Shown here: piece after piece, positions 37,897-46,544 of the stretch
Layout: every line of letters begins with the position of its first letter
Position numbering within the stretch: the stretch's first letter is position 1
Program-made: the position numbers and the translations under genes
The notes under the pieces: model-generated
The model's database searches: none
What the model saw: the letters and a program-made list of their open reading frames with translations, nothing else
Told to the model about the DNA's origin: nothing
NCBI GenBank assembly: GCA_964577995.1
Contig: CAZOBP010000004.1
Coordinates: 1 to 46,678, forward strand
Source: an uncultured Anaerolineales bacterium
GTDB lineage: Bacteria; Chloroflexota; Anaerolineae; UBA7937; B3-Chlor
Direction: 5' to 3'
DNA: 46,678 nt

Positions 37897-38124
37897 TCAC
37901 AACGCACAGATCTCTTCGAACTCGACGCGCGACGCGTCGAGAACCGCTCGCAGGTTCTCCACATCCGCAGACTCGAACCTCAGACATACGCCGCAATCGG
38001 AGCTTAGATGCCTGGGCACCGGAATGAGCTTGACCTTCAGGTCTGCCTTCTTCGCCAGCTTCTCAGCCCGTATCGCGCCACTAGTGGAGTGGAATAGGAC
38101 GACGCTATGTTCCGAACTCGCCAC
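37897..38124 (-). CDS. DUF3343 domain protein
   Basis: VLFHSTSGAIRAEK...LIPVPRHLSSDCGVCLRF. Confidence 0.88.
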   Translation of the reverse strand: MASSEHSVVLFHSTSGAIRAEKLAKKADLKVKLIPVPRHLSSDCGVCLRFESADVENLRAVLDASRVEFEEICAL

Positions 38125-38134
38125 CGTTTCCCTC

Positions 38135-38729
38135 CTAGGGAGCGACTACGCTACCGGCTGCCAGCAACGCCTCGGCGATAGAGTACATGTTGGAAACCTG
38201 TCCCACGACTATCTTGTCCTTGAGTCCGAAATGACCAAGACAGGTACCACAGGCCAGTATCTCCACGTCCCTCTGCTCCAGAGCTTGCAGATCCTCCAGG
38301 ACAAGAGAACCCTCAACCGTTAGCTTCACACCGGCGGTGAGAAAGATGATGGTGTCGGGCAGCGGTCCACTTCGTGGAGCGTGTGGACAAAGGAGCGTAT
38401 CAAGATGCCGCCCAGTTCGTCGTCCCCGCGTCCCATGCCGTCACTGGGGACAAGCACCACGGTCAGTCCTGCCAATCCGCCGATCGTCCCGGCCCGGACC
38501 GTGCTCTTCTCCGATGGTTCGCCCACCTTGCTCATGTGTAGATCTGAGCCATCCTCCTTCTCTTCTACCTCCAAAGCGAAGCCTTCTCTGGCCGCCATGC
38601 ACGACACGTTGCTCTTGGCCGTCGCGTTGTCCACGATCGTCGTCACCTGATCGGTCTCGGCCATGGCCTTCCTGCTCTGGATCACCGGCTGAGGGCACGC
38701 CAGCCCCCACAATCCACTACGTCGCTCAC
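38135..38729 (-). pseudogene. yedF: Selenium-metabolism YedF (SirA-like + DsrE-like), with two 1-nt deletions
   Basis: Restored sequence MSDVVDC(R)GLACPQPVI...GRGDDELGGILIRSF...HEVD(P)LPDTIIFLTAGVKLTVEGS...ACGTCLGHF...VSNMYSI. Frameshifts at about 38708 and about 38364. Confidence 0.85.
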
Positions 38730-38781
38730 CAGTGCCTTCTGTCCGAGGGGCATTCCATGCCACGATCGGCCCCTCTCCCGT

Positions 38782-39936
38782 TCATCTCCCAACTGCGATC
38801 TCGCGCACCGCACTCACAGCGGCGTCTACCTCCTCCGCTGTGTTGAAGTAACTGAGTCCGAATCGCACCGTGCCCACCGGGAAGGTGCCGACGGTCCGAT
38901 GGGCGGCCGGCGCGCAGTGCAGTCCCACACGACTCAAAACCCCGTATCCTTCGTCGAGTTTGAGGCCCACCTCCGAGGGTTCCAGCCCCTCCACGCCGAA
39001 GGAAACCGTAGCTGTCTGCAACTCTGCGTCATGAGAACCATAGACCATCACGCCATGAATCTCCATCAATCCGGCTAGGAGTCTCCGCGTGAGATCCACC
39101 TCGTGTGCACGGATGGCCTCGACGCCCTGCTGCAAGACGAATTCCACACCCGCCCTGAGACCCGCCAGCCCCACGGTGTTCGGAGTCCCACTCTCGCACC
39201 GGTCTGGCAGGAATGCTGGTTGCTCCTCCCTCTCAGACCGGCTGCCTGTGCCCCCCCGCTTCACCGGCTCTATCTCATGCGCCTCTACGCGCTCTCCGAT
39301 GCAAAGCCCTCCTGTGCCCTGGGGGCCAAACAGCGCCTTATGGCCCGTGGAGGCCAGCAGATCTATGTTCATGGCCTCCATGTCGAGGGGGTACGCGCCC
39401 GCAGTCTGGGCGGCATCGACCAGCAGCAGCGTGTCATGCCGCCTGGCGATCTCCCCCACCTCCGCCACAGGCAGCACGGTGCCCACGACATTGGAGGCGT
39501 GGTTGAGGACGATCATCTTGGTCTCGGGCCTCAAGGCCGACTCTACGTCAGCAGGGTCAAGAAACCCCTCGGAGGAACAAGGCACGACGTGGATCTCCAC
39601 TATACCGGCTTCCTCCAATGCACGAAGCGGTCTCATGACCGAGTTGTGCTCCATGCTGCTGGTGATCACGTGATCGCCCGGCCGAAGTAGCCCGTGCAGG
39701 GCCAGGTTGAGGGCCTCGGTCGCGTTCGCCCCAAACACGATGCGGAGCGGATTCGCGACGTTGAAGAGGCGCGCCAGGACCTCGCGCGTCTCATACACGA
39801 TCCGGCCAGCCTCAATGGACATGCGGTGTGCAGAACGCCCCGGGTTTGCCCCGACCTCCGCCATGAAAAAGGACATAGCGTCGATGACAGCGGCGGGCTT
39901 CGGCCAGGAAGTAGCCGCATTGTCGAAGTAGATCAT
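38782..39936 (-). CDS. Aminotransferase class V, cysteine desulfurase/selenocysteine lyase-like protein of selenium clusters
   Basis: IYFDNAATSWPKP, NATEALN, MEHNSV, NHASNV, DAAQTAG, STGHKALFGPQGTG, ESGTPN, RVGLHCAP. Confidence 0.92.
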   Translation of the reverse strand: MIYFDNAATSWPKPAAVIDAMSFFMAEVGANPGRSAHRMSIEAGRIVYETREVLARLFNVANPLRIVFGANATEALNLALHGLLRPGDHVITSSMEHNSVMRPLRALEEAGIVEIHVVPCSSEGFLDPADVESALRPETKMIVLNHASNVVGTVLPVAEVGEIARRHDTLLLVDAAQTAGAYPLDMEAMNIDLLASTGHKALFGPQGTGGLCIGERVEAHEIEPVKRGGTGSRSEREEQPAFLPDRCESGTPNTVGLAGLRAGVEFVLQQGVEAIRAHEVDLTRRLLAGLMEIHGVMVYGSHDAELQTATVSFGVEGLEPSEVGLKLDEGYGVLSRVGLHCAPAAHRTVGTFPVGTVRFGLSYFNTAEEVDAAVSAVREIAVGR

Positions 39937-39958
39937 TTGTAACACCTCGTGGATGACG

Positions 39959-39980
39959 AAAAAGAGGGATTGATCCCTTC
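39959..39980 (-). terminator. Intrinsic terminator candidate (attenuator) just upstream of the desulfurase RBS
   Basis: G(A)AGGGA-TCAA-TCCCTC followed by TTTTT. The stem is short. Confidence 0.5.
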
Positions 39981-40053
39981 ATCTCCTACGATTGCGATCC
40001 AGCGTCGCCAGCAGAGCCCGCAACCCTAGTAGAGGAGGAACCAGGAGAGGAAT

Positions 40054-40218
40054 CTAGAGGAAACTCAACCCAGGTCGGCCTCCACTCGAGGAAGCAGGTC
40101 TCGGCGAACTGAGAAGGATATCAAACGAAGCCTGATGCATCCCGTGCATCGCGCCAAGGGCTTGGCTTCAGCCCATTCAGGTGAATGGCATCGAGCGACA
40201 CTTGTTCCAGCGCGTCAA
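40054..40218 (-). CDS. Putative leader peptide A with tandem in-frame UGA (Sec) codons: MTRWNKCRSMPFT-U-MG-U-SQALGAMHGMHQASFDILLSSPRPASSSGGRPGLSFL
   Basis: Perfect SD AAGGAGGTGA (40225-34) before TTG 40218; UGA at 40177-79 and 40168-70; SECIS-like hairpins; TAG at 40054-56. Confidence 0.55.
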
Positions 40219-40281
40219 CCCTGCTCACCTCCTTCCCCGACCTGAGTCTAACGCCCTCGGATGGGGCGGATTCCGGCTCTC

Positions 40282-40310
40282 ATTCTACGGCATTCTCACA
40301 GCGATGTCAA
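40282..40310 (-). promoter_or_regulatory. sigma70 promoter of the selenium operon
   Basis: TTGACA-17 nt-TAGAAT, about 345 nt upstream of the first large CDS. Confidence 0.8.
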
Positions 40311-40373
40311 TCCGAGGGGTGTTTGCGCCAAGACATCGCTGCCAGGTGGTGAAGAGGACCGCTCCCGGCGTCC

Positions 40374-41219
40374 TCATTTTCTCTCCACCGCGAGTTGTCC
40401 GACCGGCACCCTCCGGGAGTGTCGTGCGCTCTCACCGGGCTCATCCTGAAGCAATCTCCCCGCGCGCATCAGCCCACGTAGCGACACGCCCAGGATGTCC
40501 TCCACCAGTGCCGGGACCTCTTCTTTCTCCTCAAGCGGCACGTCTTCCTGTAGTCTCTCCACGAGTTCCAGGTAGTGTCCCAGTGCTGCCAGCCGGTCGC
40601 CCAGTGCAAGCAAAGAGTCCATGATCCCTCTATGTCCTGACTCGCAGTAGTAGTCCTGCGCCACGGCAAGTCTGTACAAGTCCAGAGCTTCCTCCCACAG
40701 GCCACGTCCAGCACGCATCCGTGCTATGGCCAGCACCGTACGCGTGTAGAGACGCCTCAGCCGCTCTCGGGCCGGTTCACACCATTCCGAGACACAGCCT
40801 TCGAGGTAGTCACCCTCATACAGCCCTATGGCTCTCTCGTACAGTTCCTCTGCTTCGCTATCTCGGGCGCTCTGTCCGGCCTGGATCACCAGGGACTCGA
40901 ATTGCGCGACATCGTAGGCCCACGGAGCACCGTCTCCAATCCGGTAGACATCATCCTCCCAGAGAACGGCCCCCCGTCCGACAGCCCGCCGACACCTGTA
41001 GAGAGTCGAGTGAAACAGTCCATCCCTACTCGCCTCATCACAGTCGGGGAACAGTCTCTCGCTAATGCGCTCCTTCGTCAGACCATCTGGATGATTCAAG
41101 AGAAGGAAGAAGAGTTCCGAAGCCCGTCTCGAGCCCCACTCCTTGCGGGTGACCTCGCGCGACCCGACCAACACGCGAGGATGACCGAGCGCCTTGGCCA
41201 CATGTGTCGCCGACTGCAT
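40374..41219 (-). CDS. Winged-helix + BTAD (SARP-like) transcriptional regulator
   Basis: ATG 41219 with AGGGAGAGG RBS; ELFFLLLNHPDGLTKERISERLFP...FHSTLYRCRRAVG; LYEGDYLEG, EWCEPARERL, ESGHRGIM. The longer track N-terminus is probably not translated. Confidence 0.82.
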   Translation of the reverse strand: MQSATHVAKALGHPRVLVGSREVTRKEWGSRRASELFFLLLNHPDGLTKERISERLFPDCDEASRDGLFHSTLYRCRRAVGRGAVLWEDDVYRIGDGAPWAYDVAQFESLVIQAGQSARDSEAEELYERAIGLYEGDYLEGCVSEWCEPARERLRRLYTRTVLAIARMRAGRGLWEEALDLYRLAVAQDYYCESGHRGIMDSLLALGDRLAALGHYLELVERLQEDVPLEEKEEVPALVEDILGVSLRGLMRAGRLLQDEPGESARHSRRVPVGQLAVERK

Positions 41220-41567
41220 CGCCCTCTCCCTTCTGCCCTGGTCCACCGCCCGTGTCAGAGACGACGTACAGCTTCGCGCCGACCCCTGACCCGGCCTGGC
41301 CAAAACTGCTGATATTATGGCATACTGTCTCAGCGTTGTCAAGGCCCTCCCCCCGCATCTAGTGTGGTTTCTGAAAGCGGCACGGCACATCTAGTGTACC
41401 ATGGGAAGCGTACAGGGGAGCCTAACAGCGGTGGTGAGGGGAAGAGTCACATCGTACGCGTGTCCGACGGCCCAGCAGGGCGACTGTCCACCACCCGCTT
41501 GCTGGAACGCGCAGCGTATGATACCATCCTCTTCGAGGTAACTCGCTCACGAAGAAGGAGGATACAG

Positions 41568-42125
41568 ATGGCGAAGACGAGAAAGAAGCCGTCCACCTAC
41601 CTCTACCCGGTCCCCGTCGTCCTGGTGACCTGCGGAGTGGAGAAGCCCAATGTCATCACCCTGGCCTGGGTAGGCACGGTGTGCTCCGATCCACCCATAG
41701 TGGCCATCGCTGTACGGCCGGATCGCCATTCTCACCACCTCATAGAGGAAACCGGGGAGTTCGTGGTCAACATCCCCGGCCAGGACCTACTGGAGGTCAC
41801 CGACCACTGCGGGCAGGTCTCAGGCCGCGAGGTCGACAAGCTCACCGAGTTCGGGCTCACACAGGAGCCGGCTGCGGAGGTCAAGGTCCCGCTGATCGCG
41901 GAATGCCACGTGAACATGGAATGCAGGGTCGTGCAGAAGCTGGAGCTCGGCGCTCATGACGTGTTCCTGGGCGAGGTCGTGGCCGTCCACATCGAGGACG
42001 AGGTCCTCGACGAGCAAGGACGTCGCGTAGACTATGACAAGGCGAAGCCCTTCGTTCTGACCTTCGCGGAGTATAGAGGCTTGACCGAGCCACTAGGGGA
42101 CTACGGCTACTCCGTCAAGAAATGA
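41568..42125 (+). CDS. Flavin reductase-like (FMN-binding split barrel) protein
   Basis: ATG 41568 (AGGAGG RBS); YPVPVVLVTC, GEFVVNIP, SGREVDK, LECRV, HDVFLGEV. Confidence 0.9.
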   Translation: MAKTRKKPSTYLYPVPVVLVTCGVEKPNVITLAWVGTVCSDPPIVAIAVRPDRHSHHLIEETGEFVVNIPGQDLLEVTDHCGQVSGREVDKLTEFGLTQEPAAEVKVPLIAECHVNMECRVVQKLELGAHDVFLGEVVAVHIEDEVLDEQGRRVDYDKAKPFVLTFAEYRGLTEPLGDYGYSVKK

Positions 42126-42132
42126 CCGCGAC

Positions 42133-43260
42133 TCACGCCTCCGCGTCGCTGTCTTTGAGACCCAGAGCCTCGTAGATCTCGGCTTCTTCCGCCCGCCGTT
42201 TGATTCGCATGCGGCCCAGAGATCTGGCCTCAACCGAGTCCTTGACCTGGTCGTAGGTGGCGCGGCTAAGAAGAATCTGCTGCTCCTTGGCCTGCTCTTG
42301 CAGGCGGAAGGCCACATTGACGGTATCGCCGATGGCGGTGTAGTTCATCAGTGCCTGGCTGCCCACGTTTCCAACCACCGCCTCGCCGGTGTTGATGCCG
42401 AAACCGAAGTGCAGGGAGGGCTCCTGATCCTGGTGGCTGAGGCTCTCTCTTACGGCAAACGCGGTCCTCACCGCGCGCAAGGCGTGGTCAGGCTGATCGA
42501 GCGGGGAATTGTAGAGCGCCATCACGGCATCGCCCATAAACTTGTCCAGCACGCCCCCATTGGCGAAGATGCACTCCGTGGCTTGGCTCAGATACCCGTT
42601 CACCACCTCTATCAGGCGCTCAGGCGGCATCTTCTCTGCCAGCGCCGTGAACCCTCGTAGATCTGCGAAGAGGATGGTTACCTCTCGCCGCTCACCCCCC
42701 AGCTTGGCCCGTGAAGGATCGTCGATCAAGTACTGAGCCACCTGCGGCGGGAGGTAGCGCTCGAACAGTTCCCGCGTTTGCTCCTCCAGCTCCCGTATGC
42801 GCCGGTAGCTTGTCTCCAGCTCGCCGTATCTCACCTCAAGCTCGTCGTGGGCCTCAGAGAGTTCCCGCTGGAGCCGCTCCCTTTCTCGACGTAGATGACA
42901 GCGCTCCAGCACCCTCTCCAACCTGATGAACGCCTCCTGGTAGTCCAGGGGTTTGATCAAATAGTCATCCGCGCCGGCCGTGAGCGCCTTGACCGCGATC
43001 TCTTCCGAGCCGAACGCGGTCACCATCACAATGCCTATCAAGGGCTGCTGCTCCCTGATCTTCCTCAAGGTGTCCATGCCATCCAGTTTAGGCATCATTA
43101 TGTCAAGAAGAACCAGGTCCGGCACGTGCTCCTTGACGGCCTGCAACGCCTCACGACCATCTCCAGCCGTGATCACGTCATAGCCCACCCTCTCCAGAAG
43201 CTGCGCGGTCACCTCGCGAAAGGCATCATTATCATCTGCCAAGACTATGCGCCCGGTCAT
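42133..43260 (-). CDS. Response regulator receiver + coiled coil + class III adenylate cyclase
   Basis: LADDN, LLDIMMP, VTAFG, DDYLIKP; cyclase motifs ILFADLRGFT, DKFMGDAVMA, GINTG, YTAIGDTVNVAFRL (Lys/Asp pair typical of ATP specificity). Confidence 0.92.
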   Translation of the reverse strand: MTGRIVLADDNDAFREVTAQLLERVGYDVITAGDGREALQAVKEHVPDLVLLDIMMPKLDGMDTLRKIREQQPLIGIVMVTAFGSEEIAVKALTAGADDYLIKPLDYQEAFIRLERVLERCHLRRERERLQRELSEAHDELEVRYGELETSYRRIRELEEQTRELFERYLPPQVAQYLIDDPSRAKLGGERREVTILFADLRGFTALAEKMPPERLIEVVNGYLSQATECIFANGGVLDKFMGDAVMALYNSPLDQPDHALRAVRTAFAVRESLSHQDQEPSLHFGFGINTGEAVVGNVGSQALMNYTAIGDTVNVAFRLQEQAKEQQILLSRATYDQVKDSVEARSLGRMRIKRRAEEAEIYEALGLKDSDAEA

Positions 43261-43326
43261 CGATCCCTTCCCATCCCCGTCCAACCGAGAACGCAGAGTG
43301 CTGAAGGAAGAACGCTATCCACGACG

Positions 43327-43941
43327 CTATAGATAGCCTAGAGCCTTCAGCCTGTCCTCCAGTATCTGCTCCTCCTCCTCGCTGTAGACCTCGTCCCCGC
43401 CCGCGGAGGTCCGCGGTACGTAGCCCAACACCTCCAACTTGGTCAAGATCTTCCCGACGCTCTCCTCGAGACTCTCAGTATCAGTGTGCACCACGACTTC
43501 CGCATTTAGCGGTTCCTCGTAGGGATCTGAGACCCCCGTGAAGCTCTTGATCTCTCCGGCGAGCGCCTTCTTGTACAGCCCCTTGACATCGCGCTCAATC
43601 AGTACCTCGAGAGGACAGCTACAATAGACCTCGACGAAGCGCCCGATGTCCTCGCGGATATAGTCTCGCACTGCTCGATAAGGCGAGATGGCAGAACCGA
43701 TGGCCGCGACGCCATTCCGAGTGAGGAGCTTGCACACGAAGCCGATCCGTTTGATGTTGATGTCCCGGTCTTCCTTGCTGAAACCCAACCCCTTGCTCAG
43801 ATTGGTGCGGACCACGTCTCCATCCAGCACCTCCACTTTCAGACCCCTGTCCCGGAGAATGCTCTCCACAGCACCGGCAAGCGTTGTCTTGCCTGCACCG
43901 GACATTCCCGTGAACCATAGGGTGAACCCTTGCTGTTCCAT
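43327..43941 (-). CDS. cysC: Adenylyl-sulfate kinase with C-terminal acidic/RLxxLGY tail
   Basis: [50 protein letters not shown]. Confidence 0.95.
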   Translation of the reverse strand: MEQQGFTLWFTGMSGAGKTTLAGAVESILRDRGLKVEVLDGDVVRTNLSKGLGFSKEDRDINIKRIGFVCKLLTRNGVAAIGSAISPYRAVRDYIREDIGRFVEVYCSCPLEVLIERDVKGLYKKALAGEIKSFTGVSDPYEEPLNAEVVVHTDTESLEESVGKILTKLEVLGYVPRTSAGGDEVYSEEEEQILEDRLKALGYL

Positions 43942-43952
43942 GAGATACTGTT

Positions 43953-46544
43953 CTAACCCTTTCTGTAGATTATCCTCTTGCCCTGCATGTCGGCAGGAAC
44001 CGGTAGGCCCATCGCATCAAGCACCGTGGGCGCCACGTCCATGAGTTGCAGACCATCTACTTCGCCTCTGCCCTGCTCGCGAGGATCGTACATGATGAAC
44101 ACACCGTGCTGCGCGTGGTTGGCGTCGTCGGGGCCGATGTCGTTCTCCCGTGTGTGAATGCGACCGTGTCCCATGCTGCCAACCGAACGCCACGCCAGGT
44201 TGCCGAAATAGATCAAGAGATCCGGCGGCACGTTGCGGCACTCGGCGTATACATCCTGCGGCTTGTAGACCACCGTGCCGATGTTCATTCCCTTCTCATC
44301 CGTGATCTGGGACAGCTTGTGCGCGATCTCGTCTCGGACTCGCTCGTAATCCTGAGACGGGGTCACTCCCCGGGGCTCTCTCCCCCGCACATTCAAGAAC
44401 AGACGCCCGTAGTACCCGCCAGCACCCCAGGCCATGGTCCGATCCCAGTCGATCTCCACCTTCTCCAGCGGGACGATGCCGCTGGGCTCGTCCTTGACGG
44501 CGAGGTAGCCCTCCTGTTTAAGCCATTCGTTGATGCAGATGCCGCCCTCCATGTGTCTCGCGCCATGGTCCGAAACGACCATCACGATCGTATCATCACC
44601 GATCAGGCTCAAGATCTCCCCGATCTCGCCATCCAGGTACTCGTAGTACTCCTCCACGACATTCTGGTAGGGAGAGCCTGGTTCATGCTTCGGGTGCTGA
44701 GGGTCGAAGTACTTCCAGAAGGCGTGGTGGATACGGTCCACGCCCATCTCCACGAGCATGAAGAAGTCCCACTCTTTCTCACGCAGCAGGTACTTCACGA
44801 CCTCGAACCGTTTCCTGGTCATCTCGTAGATCTGTTGCAGCAGATTGTCCTTCTCCTCAGTGCGGAAGTTCTCCACGTCAAGCATGTACTCCCCCACCAG
44901 GTCCTCGATCTCCTGCTTCAAGTCAGCCGGATAGGTATACTGGCTCTGGGTGCTGGGCGTGAGGAAGGAAGTGATGATGTAGCCGTTCGTCGGTTTCACC
45001 GGGTAGGTTTGAGGCACTCCCACCAGTGAGACTTTCCTTCCCGCCCGGGAGAGGATATCCCACACCGTGTCCTCCGCCACCGCGGTTGAGTTCGCAATCC
45101 TCATCCTGTCGTAGGAATGATCGGCTCGGTTTCGGAACCCATAGAATCCAAGGCGTCCGGGATCCTTGCTGGTCATCATGGACATCCAGGCGGGAACGGT
45201 GATCGGAGGGATGGTGCTCTCCAGCTTCCCGTAGGTACCTCCCTCCATCAGCTTCCTGAGATTGGGCAGGCTTTCCCGCCACTTTTCGAAGACCAGTTGC
45301 GGCGTCGCACAATCCAGCCCAATGACCACCACCTTTCGCTGGCCGTTCGAAAGCCCACTTCCAGTCGTGGCGCTCTCTCTTCTCTTGCGCATGCCTTCGA
45401 TGAGGATCTTGCTCACCTCGGGCCGCGTGAACTCCTCGGGAAGCATCTCGCCCCGACTCACTCGCTCCCTGACCTCCGTGCCGCTCATCACCACACGGTC
45501 CTCAGGAGAGTGGGGGCAGGTCTTCACGGAGACGATCCCACCGCACTTGCGGCAATAGAACATGTGCTCGAAGAGGAGCGGCGTGATGCCTATTTCATCC
45601 CGCTGGAAGTCTTCGAAGATCAACTGCGCATCATAGGTACCATAGTAGCCACCGACGCCGGCGTGATCGCGCCCCACGATGAAGTGAGTACAGCCGTAGT
45701 TCTTGCGCGCCAGGGCATGAAGGATCGCCTCGCGAGGGCCTGCGTAGCGCATGGCCGCCGGGAACACACCGAGCACGACTCTGTCAGGCGGATAGTAGTC
45801 GCGCAGCAAAGCCTGGTAGCTCTCCATGCGCACATCGGCCGGAATATCGTCAGACTTGGTCTCCCCTACCAGGGGGTGCAGCAAGAGACCATCACAGACC
45901 TCGAGCGCCGTCTTCTGGATCGCCTCGTGAGCCCGGTGGATCGGGTTGCGCGTCTGAAAAGCCACGACCCGGCGCCACCCCCGCTGGGCGAACATGCGGC
46001 GTGTCTGTGCCGGATCGTGTCGGAACTCGGCAAACGACTGGTCAGCCGGTCGACTGAGGAGGTGGATGTCGCCACCCAGAAGCACGTCACCCTGGGCATG
46101 CAGCCGCGCAACGCCGGGGTGTGCATCCTCTGTGGTGCGGTACACCAGTTCAGCCTCTCGCTCCTTGTCGTATTCGAACCGCTCGCTCACCTCCATGATG
46201 CCCAGGATGCGCTCTCCCTCCATCAGAGCGATCTCCTCGCCTTCGCGCAGACCGTCAGCCACGTCGCGAGACACCGGCAGGGTGATGGGGATACTCCACA
46301 CCACTCCGTTGCTAAGGCGCATGTCCTGGACCACACTTTCGTAGTCAGACTTGGTCATGAAGCCCGTGAGAGGGCTGAATGCTCCCACCGCGATCAGTTC
46401 CAGATCCGACACTCCTGTGGAACTGAGATTCACTCTCTTCAAGCTGCCCGCTCGCTCCAGCGCCGCCTCTCTCAAGACGCCACGTAGCACACGATCTACG
46501 AGCGTGCCACCATGGGGAGCGATGGCTATCCCATTCCTCGCCAT
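43953..46544 (-). CDS. sat: Sulfate adenylyltransferase (ATP sulfurylase) fused to an alkaline-phosphatase-superfamily phosphodiesterase domain
   Basis: N-part [49 protein letters not shown]; C-part [46 protein letters not shown]. Confidence 0.9.
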   Translation of the reverse strand: MARNGIAIAPHGGTLVDRVLRGVLREAALERAGSLKRVNLSSTGVSDLELIAVGAFSPLTGFMTKSDYESVVQDMRLSNGVVWSIPITLPVSRDVADGLREGEEIALMEGERILGIMEVSERFEYDKEREAELVYRTTEDAHPGVARLHAQGDVLLGGDIHLLSRPADQSFAEFRHDPAQTRRMFAQRGWRRVVAFQTRNPIHRAHEAIQKTALEVCDGLLLHPLVGETKSDDIPADVRMESYQALLRDYYPPDRVVLGVFPAAMRYAGPREAILHALARKNYGCTHFIVGRDHAGVGGYYGTYDAQLIFEDFQRDEIGITPLLFEHMFYCRKCGGIVSVKTCPHSPEDRVVMSGTEVRERVSRGEMLPEEFTRPEVSKILIEGMRKRRESATTGSGLSNGQRKVVVIGLDCATPQLVFEKWRESLPNLRKLMEGGTYGKLESTIPPITVPAWMSMMTSKDPGRLGFYGFRNRADHSYDRMRIANSTAVAEDTVWDILSRAGRKVSLVGVPQTYPVKPTNGYIITSFLTPSTQSQYTYPADLKQEIEDLVGEYMLDVENFRTEEKDNLLQQIYEMTRKRFEVVKYLLREKEWDFFMLVEMGVDRIHHAFWKYFDPQHPKHEPGSPYQNVVEEYYEYLDGEIGEILSLIGDDTIVMVVSDHGARHMEGGICINEWLKQEGYLAVKDEPSGIVPLEKVEIDWDRTMAWGAGGYYGRLFLNVRGREPRGVTPSQDYERVRDEIAHKLSQITDEKGMNIGTVVYKPQDVYAECRNVPPDLLIYFGNLAWRSVGSMGHGRIHTRENDIGPDDANHAQHGVFIMYDPREQGRGEVDGLQLMDVAPTVLDAMGLPVPADMQGKRIIYRKG

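Noticed and set aside
39950-40280. Known riboswitch (c-di-AMP, Moco, SAM, TPP, T-box) or tRNA-Sec in the long leader
   Set aside because: The conserved signature motifs and a cloverleaf were not found by eye; an Rfam scan should still be run.
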